DNA of 64,000 bases from a virus: the IMG/VR virus record IMGVR_UViG_3300032238_000977, positions 14,410 through 78,409 of that record. One strand, given 5' to 3'. The notes under the pieces are model-generated. The model did no database searches, was not told the origin of the DNA, and saw only the letters and a list, made by a program, of their open reading frames with translations. The position numbers and the translations under genes were made by a program. This document shows, one piece after another, positions 24,179 through 34,931 of the stretch. Every line of letters begins with the position of its first letter. The stretch's first letter is position 1.

Positions 24179-26371
24179 TCAATCAAACCTTGAAGACATA
24201 TTATCTCTTCCTTGCTGACGTGCTACACGACGGTTCTTAACAATTTGTTCTGGTGAACGTCTTTCTGAACCATACTCACCAGCAGCAGGTGGTTTTTGTC
24301 CAGGAACTTTGCCCTTTCCTCTTGGTTGAATAGGACCACCGGCACCCATTCTACCAGCACCCATAACCTTATGCATGTGGCGCATTACCTTTGAATTGGA
24401 ATCGTTTCCACCCATAGTCCCACCTTTAGTTACTGATTTACCAGTCTTATAATCCTTACCAGTCTCCTTCTCATAACGATTAAGTTCATCAATATGCTCA
24501 ACTTCTTCAGCATTTAAAGGAAGTTTACCTTGTTTTTGAAGATTAAGTTTTTGACGCTGAAGCATTTGTTGCTTCTGCTGCATTGTTTTCAAATTTGCAA
24601 GTTTTTGCTTCTCAGCAGCATTTGTTACTTGTCTTTTTTGAATATCATCTTGTTTAGCAGTTGTACCAGAAGGAGGTGTGGTTTCTCTACCGGGCATTTG
24701 CCCTACCGCTTCAGCAACTCTTTTTGCTTGCTTTGTTGCGGTTGCATACATTACTTCTTTACCACGACCAGGATATCTTTTTTCAAAGTCACCTGCACTC
24801 TTCTTCATTGACTTTACAATCTCTTCCCTCTTTTTGGTTTCAGCAGAAGTCAGAGTCTTTTCATCAAGTTCAAACTCTTCTTTACTGAGTTCTGCTGCTC
24901 TTCTTGCTGCTTTATTTCCAGTTCCACCATAAGATCTAGACTTAACTGGATTTTTAGCAATTGTTGGAGTAGCAGGAGTTCCACTAAGATTTTCTACATT
25001 AGCACGACTGATATGTTTAATTGCAGCAACAGAGGCACCTTGCCCAGATTTTGCTCTACCAGAAGGAGTAGAACGCTTAGCAATCATTTCTGCTGCTTTT
25101 GCTTTACCCTTTTCGCTGGTGATTGCTTCATCAAGTTCAAGTTCTTCTTTGTTAAGTTTTTTTGCTCTCATAGCAGCAGCTTTTGCAAGTGTTCTTTGTC
25201 TTGCAGCATCTTGCTCATCTTTTGGTATAGAAGTTACAGCACCAAGTTTTTCTGCAGGTTTTCCAGGAACTGCAGACTCTCCCATTGCTTTTTGCTTACG
25301 GAGTTTCTTAGGATTCTTAGTCTTATCTGCAGAGTAAGTATTTTCATCACGATCATCATCAGGATCTACAGCAGAACGATGTCTTGCTGCTCTATCATCA
25401 TCACTCATGTTTGCTCTGCCTGATTTTGCCTCATCTGGAGAATACTTGTTACCAGTGTTGTACCATTCCTTACCCACATGACCTCTCTTCTCAGCATCAA
25501 CAGAAGCAGCACGTCTTACATTCTTCTTACGATTTGATTTGAAGTCTTTCATACTCATGCCTTCTTCAATTTCAACCATTTCAATAAGTTGACCACCAAT
25601 CGCTTCAATTGCCTCATTCATTTTGGGGTGAACATTAATTTTATTGTTAATGTTCTTTTCTACAATTTTTTTATCAGATTTTTCTTTTTCAATTTTATCA
25701 ACGATCTCATAAAGATCCTCTCTCCAATTTGAGAAATTTTCTTTAGTTACTCTCTTTCCAATAGCAGCACCACGAACTTTTCTACGATTCAAAAGATACT
25801 TATCATTCTTATCATGATCCCCATCATTATCAATATCCTTATCTTCATGACCAACAGGATCTAAACCCTTACCGGAAGTCACAGATGCAGTTTGCTTTCC
25901 CCTTTTCCTTTCACCTTCATATGGAGTACCATACTTAGTCATTTCTACCGAAGAAATATTTGAATTGCTGCGAAGTTGATTAATCTTTTCTCTAGTAGCC
26001 ATACGAACATATGACTTACCAGAATTTTTATCAGTTACACGAACCTGAAACTTTTTCTCTTCTACTTCTTCGGTTACTTTCTCTTCACCAAGTTTTGATT
26101 TAACTTCAGACTTTTCAGGACCAGTCATGGTCGTATGCGACATGTACTGTCCATATGCTTGCTGAACTGGGATCTCTTCTCTTCTTGCACGATATCTAAT
26201 ATCATAAACTGCTTGACGAATTCTTTTTGCAGATCCATCGGATGCATCACCTTCCTTCTTTTCCCCACCACCGACCGGTGGTTTCTCTTTAGCAATATTT
26301 TTGCCCAATTGTGGTTTAAGAACTTCTTGCACGTAAACTGCAGAAATTTCATTTAGAGGATTTATGGCCAT
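24179..26371 (-). CDS. Large charged protein, probable head-internal protein
   Basis: K/R/E-rich modules separated by repeated (L/I)xE motifs; ATAAATA late promoter upstream. Confidence 0.65.
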   Translation of the reverse strand: MAINPLNEISAVYVQEVLKPQLGKNIAKEKPPVGGGEKKEGDASDGSAKRIRQAVYDIRYRARREEIPVQQAYGQYMSHTTMTGPEKSEVKSKLGEEKVTEEVEEKKFQVRVTDKNSGKSYVRMATREKINQLRSNSNISSVEMTKYGTPYEGERKRGKQTASVTSGKGLDPVGHEDKDIDNDGDHDKNDKYLLNRRKVRGAAIGKRVTKENFSNWREDLYEIVDKIEKEKSDKKIVEKNINNKINVHPKMNEAIEAIGGQLIEMVEIEEGMSMKDFKSNRKKNVRRAASVDAEKRGHVGKEWYNTGNKYSPDEAKSGRANMSDDDRAARHRSAVDPDDDRDENTYSADKTKNPKKLRKQKAMGESAVPGKPAEKLGAVTSIPKDEQDAARQRTLAKAAAMRAKKLNKEELELDEAITSEKGKAKAAEMIAKRSTPSGRAKSGQGASVAAIKHISRANVENLSGTPATPTIAKNPVKSRSYGGTGNKAARRAAELSKEEFELDEKTLTSAETKKREEIVKSMKKSAGDFEKRYPGRGKEVMYATATKQAKRVAEAVGQMPGRETTPPSGTTAKQDDIQKRQVTNAAEKQKLANLKTMQQKQQMLQRQKLNLQKQGKLPLNAEEVEHIDELNRYEKETGKDYKTGKSVTKGGTMGGNDSNSKVMRHMHKVMGAGRMGAGGPIQPRGKGKVPGQKPPAAGEYGSERRSPEQIVKNRRVARQQGRDNMSSRFD

Positions 26372-26380
26372 TGCAATACT

Positions 26381-27625
26381 TTACTTTTTATTTGCCTTAT
26401 ACTTATTTATGAAATTAATACCATACGCCTTTTGTTTTGGTGCTAGATTTTCTTTTCCAGTACCAACAGATCCTTGAGTCATTTTTGCATAATGTTTAAA
26501 AGCACCTAAAGTACCAACAAGAGTATTTGGATGTTTTTTATCTCTCATTGGACTATCCATTTTAACTTCAGTATATTCCATCACATCTTTAATCCAAGAT
26601 TTGAACATAATATTATCTTCAGTAACGCAGATAAGGTAATTAGTTCCTCTACGGATAATTTTACCAATTAATCCAGTATTTAAATTTTCAACTAAATGTC
26701 CAATTTGAAATATTTTTTGCGAGACATAATTTTCCCTCAAATTAATCCAATCAAATTTTGGAGCGATCTCCCACAAACTCCATCCTTCTTTAATACCCAT
26801 CGATTTGCGAATAGTATTATAAATTTGTTTTGCGGAGTTATCGTCTAAAGTTCCAGGAACACCAGATCTAAAGGTTTTGTAATCACCTTCTGCTGCTGCC
26901 TTACGGAGTTTAGATGCAGACATTCCCTCCACACCCTCGGCATCAGGATCTCTTTCTCCTGCAGAAACCACATTTAAATCTTTAAAATCATAAAGTTCTC
27001 CATTATACTGTGTTGCGAGTTTTTCAAATTCTGCCTGACGATCAGAACCGACTACAATATTAACTCCAGAATATCCATCTGCATGTGCTTGCTTCAATAC
27101 ATCAAAAATTGTTTTTGAGTTTGCATCATTCACAATTCTTTCGCCATGCTTTGGATACATCTGGCGCATGATTGAAATTTTAGTATCAGGATCTAATGGA
27201 TTCTTCTTTTTATCATTAGATCTTGATGGATAGATTTTGTATTCACCCTTTCCAGCAACATTAGCAACTTTATCTAAAAGTTTTTCGTGCCCAGTTGTTG
27301 GAGGATTGAATCTCCCAAATGCGACAGTTAAAGTTCCTTTATCTTTTTTTGGTTCTTCTGTAGGAGGTTGCTCTTGTCGAGGAGGTTGAACTTGAGTTGC
27401 AACTGGTTGCTGATTTGCGGCAGTTCTATCCTGTGGAGGATCTTGTTTTCCAGGAACCTGATTTTTGTTATAAAACTTTAATTTACCACCTTCAGTTTTT
27501 GCTACAAACTCACCATTTTTATCGTACCATCCTCCATGACCATCGCCAACCAACCCAAGCCTTTTTGCCTGCATTACGGATTGGGAAGATTGCGCCTCAG
27601 ATAAAAATTTTGAAAAACTTTTCAT
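26381..27625 (-). CDS. Cytidyltransferase-like (HIGH-class nucleotidyltransferase)
   Basis: FGRFNPPTTGHEKL, VVGSDR, SAGERDPD, MSASKLR. Confidence 0.85.
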   Translation of the reverse strand: MKSFSKFLSEAQSSQSVMQAKRLGLVGDGHGGWYDKNGEFVAKTEGGKLKFYNKNQVPGKQDPPQDRTAANQQPVATQVQPPRQEQPPTEEPKKDKGTLTVAFGRFNPPTTGHEKLLDKVANVAGKGEYKIYPSRSNDKKKNPLDPDTKISIMRQMYPKHGERIVNDANSKTIFDVLKQAHADGYSGVNIVVGSDRQAEFEKLATQYNGELYDFKDLNVVSAGERDPDAEGVEGMSASKLRKAAAEGDYKTFRSGVPGTLDDNSAKQIYNTIRKSMGIKEGWSLWEIAPKFDWINLRENYVSQKIFQIGHLVENLNTGLIGKIIRRGTNYLICVTEDNIMFKSWIKDVMEYTEVKMDSPMRDKKHPNTLVGTLGAFKHYAKMTQGSVGTGKENLAPKQKAYGINFINKYKANKK

Positions 27626-27651
27626 GTTTTACTTTAATATACAAATATTTA

Positions 27652-28482
27652 TTAAGCGCGTACATCAAACCTAAAAGCAACAGAAGAAATCCCATCTCTA
27701 GACTTTGCTCTAATATCTATCTTGGTTTTTTTCACCATCAATTTAATATATGCACTATCAATCTCACCAAACTTTGCCGGAGAAAGCATATAGTTAGCAG
27801 TAGCATCAGCATTTGGACCAAAATAGTTTTTTCCCGTTAAAGCTTCTTCAATTAAACAATAAAGAAATTGAGGATCGGACTCCAAGTAATCAAATAACTC
27901 TTTAATTAATACTAGTTTATTTTCAGAAATCCACTTTGTATAATTTTTATCGTCTTTTATTTTACCCTTAGAATCAACAAGATCTTTTACAATATTTGGT
28001 TTTCTTTCTCTAGCTTTGGACAAATTTTTTTCAGTTAAAAGTTTAGTAGGTGTAGAAGAAATTTTACTTATCAATGCCGAAAGGTTTTTTCCTCTTTGCC
28101 CTGGACAATGAGCAGCAGTTTCCGCCATTGCTTTTGCTGTATTTGGACCTTCTGCACTAGATAATTGAATAGGTCCTTTCATTTTTACTGAGCATCTAAT
28201 AGTATTTCTATTATTTTCTTTAAATACAACATCAGTTTTTGGTTCTGGATCGCCAGCAATATTAAGTTCATCACTGTGATATGCATGTGCAAGTAATTCT
28301 GGATTTTTCTCCTCTACCAGATCAACACACTGTTTTGCTTGAATTCCTATGGGTCCAGTATACTGTTTTAAATTAAGATTTTTTTGCATTCTTTTTTGGA
28401 TTTCCGTATAAGGAACTCCCCCACGAACCAAAGATTCATACACTATAGCCCACTCTAATTGGACACCTCTACCTTGCGCCAT
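27652..28482 (-). CDS. Hypothetical protein, possible PD-(D/E)XK nuclease
   Basis: E...PKTD...SVK pattern. Confidence 0.5.
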   Translation of the reverse strand: MAQGRGVQLEWAIVYESLVRGGVPYTEIQKRMQKNLNLKQYTGPIGIQAKQCVDLVEEKNPELLAHAYHSDELNIAGDPEPKTDVVFKENNRNTIRCSVKMKGPIQLSSAEGPNTAKAMAETAAHCPGQRGKNLSALISKISSTPTKLLTEKNLSKARERKPNIVKDLVDSKGKIKDDKNYTKWISENKLVLIKELFDYLESDPQFLYCLIEEALTGKNYFGPNADATANYMLSPAKFGEIDSAYIKLMVKKTKIDIRAKSRDGISSVAFRFDVRA

Positions 28483-28510
28483 ATATGAATACTTTTTAAG
28501 TATTTAGACA

Positions 28511-28583
28511 TGGAGAATAGGGGACTCGAACCCCTCACCCCCGCCGTGCAAAGGCGGTGCTCTACCAAATGAGCTAATTCCCC
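28511..28583 (-). tRNA. tRNA-Ala (TGC)
   Basis: CCGCC-TTTGCAC-GGCGG; G3:U70. Confidence 0.95.
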
Positions 28584-28600
28584 AAAAAACCCCTTACGGG

Positions 28601-28780
28601 TCAAACGCCAAGTACAGCGCCAATATTATCATCAAGGTCTTGAATCACTGAGCGAATATCAATAACGCGCTCTGGAGTATGCTCAAGTCCATATCCTTTT
28701 TGTGCGTCAAAAAGAACTTGACGTACCACTGCAGCAGTACGGACATCCATTTTAATTGTTACTTTTTTTTCTTTAGTCAT
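28601..28780 (-). CDS. Small hypothetical protein (59 aa, not in ORF track)
   Basis: MTKEKKVTIKMDVRTAAVVRQVLF...; ATGA overlap with mazG. Confidence 0.7.
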   Translation of the reverse strand: MTKEKKVTIKMDVRTAAVVRQVLFDAQKGYGLEHTPERVIDIRSVIQDLDDNIGAVLGV

Positions 28781-29181
28781 AGGTCTCCCTCAACACGATT
28801 TTCAGAACGTTCGATAGTAAAAGCACCTTCAGGATAACGAGCACTCAGTTTCTCAAAGTTCATTTGAATTACTTCTTCAAGTGAAATATCAAGACCAATA
28901 CATGCCTGAGAAACATACCACATAATATCTCCAAGTTCACGTTTTAGGTGAAACAAATTTTCTTGGTTTACTGGTTTACCTTGAAAAATAATTTTTTTTA
29001 CAATTTCAGTAAACTCACCTGCTTCAGCAGACATTCCTACAGCAGCAGTAAGCAGTCGCTCGGTATGAAATCCTTGGATCTCAAGTTCCTGAAGACGGTC
29101 TTGAAAATCACTATATTGTTTACTGGGGTTTGAAGTGGTTGTATCGACAAACTCAACATACTTATTAAGATCAATAGTCAT
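28777..29181 (-). CDS. mazG: MazG-like NTP pyrophosphohydrolase
   Basis: EAGEFTEIVKK, ELGDIMWY, KLSARYP. Confidence 0.9.
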   Translation of the reverse strand: MTIDLNKYVEFVDTTTSNPSKQYSDFQDRLQELEIQGFHTERLLTAAVGMSAEAGEFTEIVKKIIFQGKPVNQENLFHLKRELGDIMWYVSQACIGLDISLEEVIQMNFEKLSARYPEGAFTIERSENRVEGDL

Positions 29182-30563
29182 TAAAATTTAAATCCCTCGA
29201 ATGATTTTTTAGGTTTTTTGTCTTCATACTCATTATACTCATCATCCTGCCCAGAGTCAAGTATGTCTTTTTGAGCAGACTGTTCTACATCATACAATCT
29301 CATTTTGGCACGATCAATTCCAACAACAAATCTCTTATTCATTGTAGGATCATTATAACGATTCTTCAATTGTTTTACAAGAATTTGTCCCAACCCCTCC
29401 AACTCTTCAGTGCTAATAAGGGCAAACATAAGATCAGCAGTAGCAGGGAGACCAAAGGATTCAGAAGTATCAGTAAGTTCAACATCAGAACTACCAAAAC
29501 CTGAACGAGTGGTCTGAGTAGCGGAGACAATTGGGACATTAAACTCGACGGCGAGCCCCCTAAGTTCTTCAGCAATTGACTTAACCAACGTATATGAGTT
29601 GATATTACTGCTTCCTTTATGCCTAGAGGAAGCACAAATATTAAGGTAATCAATGAAAATAATATCAGGTCTAAATGACTTCTTAAGTGCAAGTTCATTG
29701 AGAAGTGCTTTAAAGTGACCACTATGCGCTGATGCAGTAGGATACTCCTTAATTATAAGAGTTCCTTGTGTTTTTTTTGTGATATTATTGACTTTATTTT
29801 CAAATAATTGTTTTGGGAGGTCTGCAATATCTTGGATGGGAACGTTGAGAAGGTTCGCATCAATTCTTTCTGCAATTCGCTCTTCCGCCATCTCAAGAGT
29901 GATATAGAGAACGTTCCTACCTTGCAGTAAGACGGCACTAGCCACATGACACATGAATAGCGATTTCCCAACGCCCGTCCCAGCGAGAGCGATATTGAGA
30001 GTCTTATTAGGGAGACCACCTTTTGTGATCTTATTGAAGTATTCCAGATCAAATTCGATCTTATCCTCTTTCTTATGATATGTATCATATCTTAATTCAT
30101 AATCTAATAAGTAATCGTGCCCAATGTGTGTATCAAAACTTACTGCTAGGGCATCCGAAAGAATTGTTGGGATACTATCCCTACCCTTTTTAGAGTCCTT
30201 TCCATCTGCAATATGAATAGATTCCATGAGTGCTAAGTAAATAGCACGATCACGGCACCATTTTTCCGTGGTGGAGACTAACCATTTAAATTCAACTGGA
30301 ACATTTTCCAAAGAAGAAACTAAATGAGAAATTTCTTTAAAGGAAGACTCATTAATATCTCTCCTTTTTTCAATCTCAATTAACAAAACCTCATTAGTAG
30401 CCAATTGATTATAATCTTGAATAAATTTAAGAATTTCCTCAAAAACTACTTTCTGATTGAAATCTTCGAAGTATTCATTTTTAATAAAAGGTATTACCTT
30501 TCTAGTATATTCTTCATTGTATAAAAGATTTCTCAGAACTAAAAATTCAATCTTATCCATCAT
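29181..30563 (-). CDS. g41: Replicative helicase gp41
   Basis: AGTGVGKS, LEMAEE, IDYLNIC, SATQTTR, SESFGLP. Confidence 0.95.
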   Translation of the reverse strand: MMDKIEFLVLRNLLYNEEYTRKVIPFIKNEYFEDFNQKVVFEEILKFIQDYNQLATNEVLLIEIEKRRDINESSFKEISHLVSSLENVPVEFKWLVSTTEKWCRDRAIYLALMESIHIADGKDSKKGRDSIPTILSDALAVSFDTHIGHDYLLDYELRYDTYHKKEDKIEFDLEYFNKITKGGLPNKTLNIALAGTGVGKSLFMCHVASAVLLQGRNVLYITLEMAEERIAERIDANLLNVPIQDIADLPKQLFENKVNNITKKTQGTLIIKEYPTASAHSGHFKALLNELALKKSFRPDIIFIDYLNICASSRHKGSSNINSYTLVKSIAEELRGLAVEFNVPIVSATQTTRSGFGSSDVELTDTSESFGLPATADLMFALISTEELEGLGQILVKQLKNRYNDPTMNKRFVVGIDRAKMRLYDVEQSAQKDILDSGQDDEYNEYEDKKPKKSFEGFKF

Positions 30564-31117
30564 TTATAATGCAAATAAGTACTTAACAAATATTTTGGAC
30601 CACTAATTGGTTTTTCACCTCTATGGGGAAACAACCAAACAGGTGGAAAAATTACCAATTTTCCTTTTTCTGGTTTAATTTCAAGATCCTTGAAAACTGT
30701 TTTACCACCTTCATCAACATCATTCAAATACCAGAAAAAAGATAAGAATCTTCTAGAAGATTCATGATCAGTAACATCAACATGAGTATCAAAAAAATCA
30801 TTATCATCATTTAGATATCTTTTTATTCTAAATTGCTCAAATGCATTTTTTTCTGGAAAACATCTTTTATCAATATATTTGTAATATGCTTTCTTATACT
30901 CAAGAGTTTTTTTTACGATATAGTCATGAACATTATTAAGTTCTTCAGATTCTTTTGATAATTTTGTTAAATTTATCTGGGTAAAATTAGGGACTCCATC
31001 ATTATCAATTCTTTCTTGATAATCAATCAGAGGATCGAATACATTTATCAAGTAATCACAAATATCTGGTTCTAAAGAATTTTCATAAATTTTGATAAAA
31101 TCATTGAGTTCATCCAT
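30560..31117 (-). CDS. 2OG-Fe(II) oxygenase
   Basis: HVD...YLNDVDEGG...FPHRG...KY. Confidence 0.85.
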   Translation of the reverse strand: MDELNDFIKIYENSLEPDICDYLINVFDPLIDYQERIDNDGVPNFTQINLTKLSKESEELNNVHDYIVKKTLEYKKAYYKYIDKRCFPEKNAFEQFRIKRYLNDDNDFFDTHVDVTDHESSRRFLSFFWYLNDVDEGGKTVFKDLEIKPEKGKLVIFPPVWLFPHRGEKPISGPKYLLSTYLHYK

Positions 31118-32111
31118 AACTAAACTCTTTTTTAGCAATCGCATCAAGTTTTTGCATTACTTCTTCAGTAAAGTATTCTTCGGGATTAGCAAGAATTTGT
31201 TTTGCGTAGATTTTTTTACCGTCCATTTCATATCTACCAGCAACGTTCTTCCACATTCCACCAATCTCACCTAGTTCCAGAAGACCATAATACTTATCAA
31301 GACCACGTTCATCATAGTAAAGACGAACTTCAACTTGTTGATTCTCCTTACTCAGACGTGATTTAGCAGTCTTAGCTTTGATAATATTACCGACCACTTC
31401 TGTTCCATCCTTTTCTTTCTTTTTGCTGAGATAAATGATCGTAGATGCTGCGTACTTGAGTCCGCTCCCTCCACCCATTTCCTTAGTTGGTACGTAAGCT
31501 CCGATAACATCATAGGTGTGATTAGTAACTATCATTGGAATATTTGCTTGACCAAGTTTCAAGGTAAGCATACGGAATGCACCCTTGATAAGTTGTGATT
31601 TGGTCATATCACGAACTTCTTTATCATTCAATGCATCATTGATCTCTTTGCTGGTAGAAAGCATTCCTAAAGAATCTAGCACAAACATGCAAGGATTACG
31701 CTCTCCCTCAGGTTTTTTCATATACAAGTCTACCGCCTTGAGCGCCTTTCCGCGAAACTCTTCAACAGTAACAACATTAACAACCACCAGACGAGTAGTA
31801 TCAATTCCACGAGATTCTAAAAGAGATTTAGTAATAGCAGCTTCAGTATCAAAATAGAGACAATAACCATCGGGATTATTATCGAGGAAATTCTTAACAA
31901 CGGCGAGGCTGAAGAAAGTCTTTCCAGTAGAAGACTCTCCAGCAATAGCAGTAATCTTATTCCCAGATACACCACCAAACACACTACCTGAAACCAGTGC
32001 ATTAAAGATATACGAACCCGTATCAACATAACTTTCAGTCTCATCAATATCGGAGGCAAGTTGTGTATAATCTCCTCCAATTTCTTTTACAATATCTTTA
32101 AGAAAATCCAT
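31110..32111 (-). CDS. uvsX: RecA-like recombinase UvsX
   Basis: [18 protein letters not shown]. Confidence 0.95.
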   Translation of the reverse strand: MDFLKDIVKEIGGDYTQLASDIDETESYVDTGSYIFNALVSGSVFGGVSGNKITAIAGESSTGKTFFSLAVVKNFLDNNPDGYCLYFDTEAAITKSLLESRGIDTTRLVVVNVVTVEEFRGKALKAVDLYMKKPEGERNPCMFVLDSLGMLSTSKEINDALNDKEVRDMTKSQLIKGAFRMLTLKLGQANIPMIVTNHTYDVIGAYVPTKEMGGGSGLKYAASTIIYLSKKKEKDGTEVVGNIIKAKTAKSRLSKENQQVEVRLYYDERGLDKYYGLLELGEIGGMWKNVAGRYEMDGKKIYAKQILANPEEYFTEEVMQKLDAIAKKEFSYG

Positions 32112-32275
32112 CAGCAAACCATCCCGTATTCTTCACGAAGTATTTTTTTATAAGGTAAACCTTGTTCTTTAAGTTCCCTAACCAATTTGAGTTTATGATA
32201 AAGGGCAGCATCACCACCAAATCCAAGTGCCTTCACAATTGTATCTAGTTCTTTTTCGTTAATAGGCAAATCCAT
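32111..32275 (-). CDS. Small hypothetical protein (54 aa, not in ORF track)
   Basis: [32 protein letters not shown]...; TGATG coupling on both sides. Confidence 0.7.
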   Translation of the reverse strand: MDLPINEKELDTIVKALGFGGDAALYHKLKLVRELKEQGLPYKKILREEYGMVC

Positions 32276-32439
32276 CAATAACCTCTAGAATCTTTAGTCT
32301 CCATACAAGTAACCCAATCATAACATCTTTTTATTTGATTTGCAAACCAAGTTGCTTTACTCTCATCTTCAAAATCTTTAGACATTTTATTAATTTTTCC
32401 GTCATAAGTTTCATACCAAAAAACAGTATAGTTTCTCAT
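32275..32439 (-). CDS. Small hypothetical protein (54 aa, not in ORF track)
   Basis: MRNYTVFWYETYDGK...; ATGA overlap with g43. Confidence 0.65.
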   Translation of the reverse strand: MRNYTVFWYETYDGKINKMSKDFEDESKATWFANQIKRCYDWVTCMETKDSRGY

Positions 32440-34931
32440 GAGAAAAAATCCTCTAAACTAATTTTCTTTTCAACCGACCATCCAATAGAATCCAAAATAA
32501 TTTTAAGAGGTTCTAAAAATGCCTTCTCAAATTGAGTATCATAATCAATATACTTATTAAGTCCAAGTTCTTTTGGAAAATCTTGAATAAATGCAATAAC
32601 ATTTTCTTGAATAATATTTGGCTTTTTCAAGAAAATAAATTTAACCTTTTCACCATTAGCAATAAGAGAATACTTATTAGTCAGTTTTTTCTCTTTAATA
32701 TGATGATTGAAAAGAAGTGCTCCTCGAACATGAATAGGTGTTCCTTTTGCATAAATTGTAGATGATGCTGTATATTTACGGACATCTGATGCTGTTCTTG
32801 GGAAAGCAATTTCTTCGGGAGTGAGTTTTTTAAACATTTCACGACTCTTATCGATAAAATTAATTACATCATCTTCAGTCCCACTCAGCATCAATTTAAG
32901 ACCATCCTTAATCATCTGACGACAAGGAGCTGGAGTAGAAGATTTGACTGCTTCAATACCCATCATCTTGAGTTTAGGTTCTTCATAACGAACACCTTCA
33001 CTATCCCAGACATTCAAGATATAACGTTTCTTAGCAGTCCATATTCCACGATCAGCAATATTCTCACGCTTCATGATCATTTTCTGATCATATGCATTTA
33101 CATACTCAGCCAATTCTTGGTAAGAACTCTCAATATACTTTTCAAGTTCCATCTGACAGACCTTATCAAGGAACGAAACAATGCTCTCAGTAGTTTTCTC
33201 TCTTCCCTTGAATACAGTTTCAACCAAAGGACCCATATTAAGATAAATGGAATCAGTATCTGAAGCAATAACATAATCAAAATCTTCCGTTTTAAAAACT
33301 TTATTGAAGTACTTATTCATTTTTTCTTCAATCCATCTGATTGCAACCTGGCCAGATAAGGTGATTGCCTCAGCATTTGCTAGTTTGTAATAACGGAAAT
33401 ACTGATTACCAATAGCGCCATAAGCGGAGTTAAGTTGAATCTTTCTCGCCATTTGAATGTTGTTGCAGCGAGCAATCTCTTTCTCTAGATCTTTTGTTTT
33501 TTTCTTTTCATACTCTTGCTTTGCAGCAAGCATTTTATTTTTATAGATGGTGCGATCCTTATAAATTTTTTCCATTAGTTCTGGAAGGAATCCACGAACA
33601 TCTTTACGGTACATTGCACCATTTGCACAGACCGCATAATCCTTATATTCATCAAAATCAATCTCTCGATTCAAAATCCTATCGACAGAAGATGTTGGAT
33701 GACGCTGATCCAAAAGAGTTTCTGGAGAAATATTATACATCATAATTAGATGTGGATATAGAGAGTTGAGGTCGAAATTTACAACCCAATCATATACACC
33801 AGGCTTTGGTTCTTTTACATAAGCACCAGCATATTTTTCATTTTTAACTGACCGTTCTTTTGGGGGGATGACGATATTCCTTTTCTTCAAATAATTGTAT
33901 ATGATGTTATCCCACATACGAACTTGATAAAAAATATCTCCATAATTGACTTTAGCGTCATACGCCATCGTGATGGCGAGTTCAATCAGTTTCATCTTGT
34001 CTTCCAAACGGTCAACAAGTTCCACGTCCTTAATATTATACTCTACGAACTTCTGCCATCCTTTAGTATAAAAGTCCTTAAAGGTATCAAACTCTGAGTG
34101 GTCAAGTTTCTTCTGACCAAGTTCCACATTTGCAATATGATCTAGGCGATAAGATTCTTGAGCTTTATATGTAAATTTTTTATATAGATCAAGGTAATCT
34201 AGTTGAGTGATTCCACCAACATCATATGCAATTTGCTTTCTACCATTTACAAAGATTTCACCCTGAGTCACAAGACCCCAAGGAGAAAATCTTTTCATTT
34301 GCTTTTCACCAAGAATCCTACTCAATCTACCACAAATGTAAGGAACGTCATAAAATTGAATATTCCATCCAGTAATAACTTCAGGAATATTTGCGTCCCA
34401 ATAATCAATAAAATTTGAAAGGAGATGATGCTCACCTGAACATTGAATATAAGTTACATTTTGGTTATCATTTCTAAATGACTTAACTCCCCATGTAATA
34501 ATCTTCTTAGTTGTGTAATCCTGAATTGTAATTGCAAGTATTTCTTCTGCACAAGACTCCACATCCGGAAATCCATTTTCTGAAGCAACCTCAATATCAA
34601 TTGTTGATAGTTTAATTTTACTAATATCAAATTTAATTTCATCTTCTGGGTACTTATCCGATATGTATTGTGATACATATCGGTCGTTTCCATGGATTTT
34701 AAATCCGTCTACGTTCTCATATTTTTTATAAAATTCTCTACAATCACGGACCATACCCGGATTAATTGGTTCTACACTTTCACCTTCCAGGGTTTTATAT
34801 TTTGTTTCTTTTTTAGATGGAACAAATAAAGTAGGACAATATTCCTCTTTAAACATTACATGCTTACCATTTTCATAACCACGGACGAGAAATTGATTCC
34901 CGATCATTTGCACATTGGTATAAAATCTCAT
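32436..34931 (-). CDS. g43: Family B DNA polymerase gp43
   Basis: DIEV exo I, DLNSLYP, KIQLNSAYG, DTDS. Confidence 0.97.
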   Translation of the reverse strand: MRFYTNVQMIGNQFLVRGYENGKHVMFKEEYCPTLFVPSKKETKYKTLEGESVEPINPGMVRDCREFYKKYENVDGFKIHGNDRYVSQYISDKYPEDEIKFDISKIKLSTIDIEVASENGFPDVESCAEEILAITIQDYTTKKIITWGVKSFRNDNQNVTYIQCSGEHHLLSNFIDYWDANIPEVITGWNIQFYDVPYICGRLSRILGEKQMKRFSPWGLVTQGEIFVNGRKQIAYDVGGITQLDYLDLYKKFTYKAQESYRLDHIANVELGQKKLDHSEFDTFKDFYTKGWQKFVEYNIKDVELVDRLEDKMKLIELAITMAYDAKVNYGDIFYQVRMWDNIIYNYLKKRNIVIPPKERSVKNEKYAGAYVKEPKPGVYDWVVNFDLNSLYPHLIMMYNISPETLLDQRHPTSSVDRILNREIDFDEYKDYAVCANGAMYRKDVRGFLPELMEKIYKDRTIYKNKMLAAKQEYEKKKTKDLEKEIARCNNIQMARKIQLNSAYGAIGNQYFRYYKLANAEAITLSGQVAIRWIEEKMNKYFNKVFKTEDFDYVIASDTDSIYLNMGPLVETVFKGREKTTESIVSFLDKVCQMELEKYIESSYQELAEYVNAYDQKMIMKRENIADRGIWTAKKRYILNVWDSEGVRYEEPKLKMMGIEAVKSSTPAPCRQMIKDGLKLMLSGTEDDVINFIDKSREMFKKLTPEEIAFPRTASDVRKYTASSTIYAKGTPIHVRGALLFNHHIKEKKLTNKYSLIANGEKVKFIFLKKPNIIQENVIAFIQDFPKELGLNKYIDYDTQFEKAFLEPLKIILDSIGWSVEKKISLEDFFS

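Noticed and set aside
17163-34931. Introns or inteins in nrdA, nrdB, g41, g43 (also g17, g20)
   Set aside because: All reading frames are continuous, of normal length and lack intein motifs
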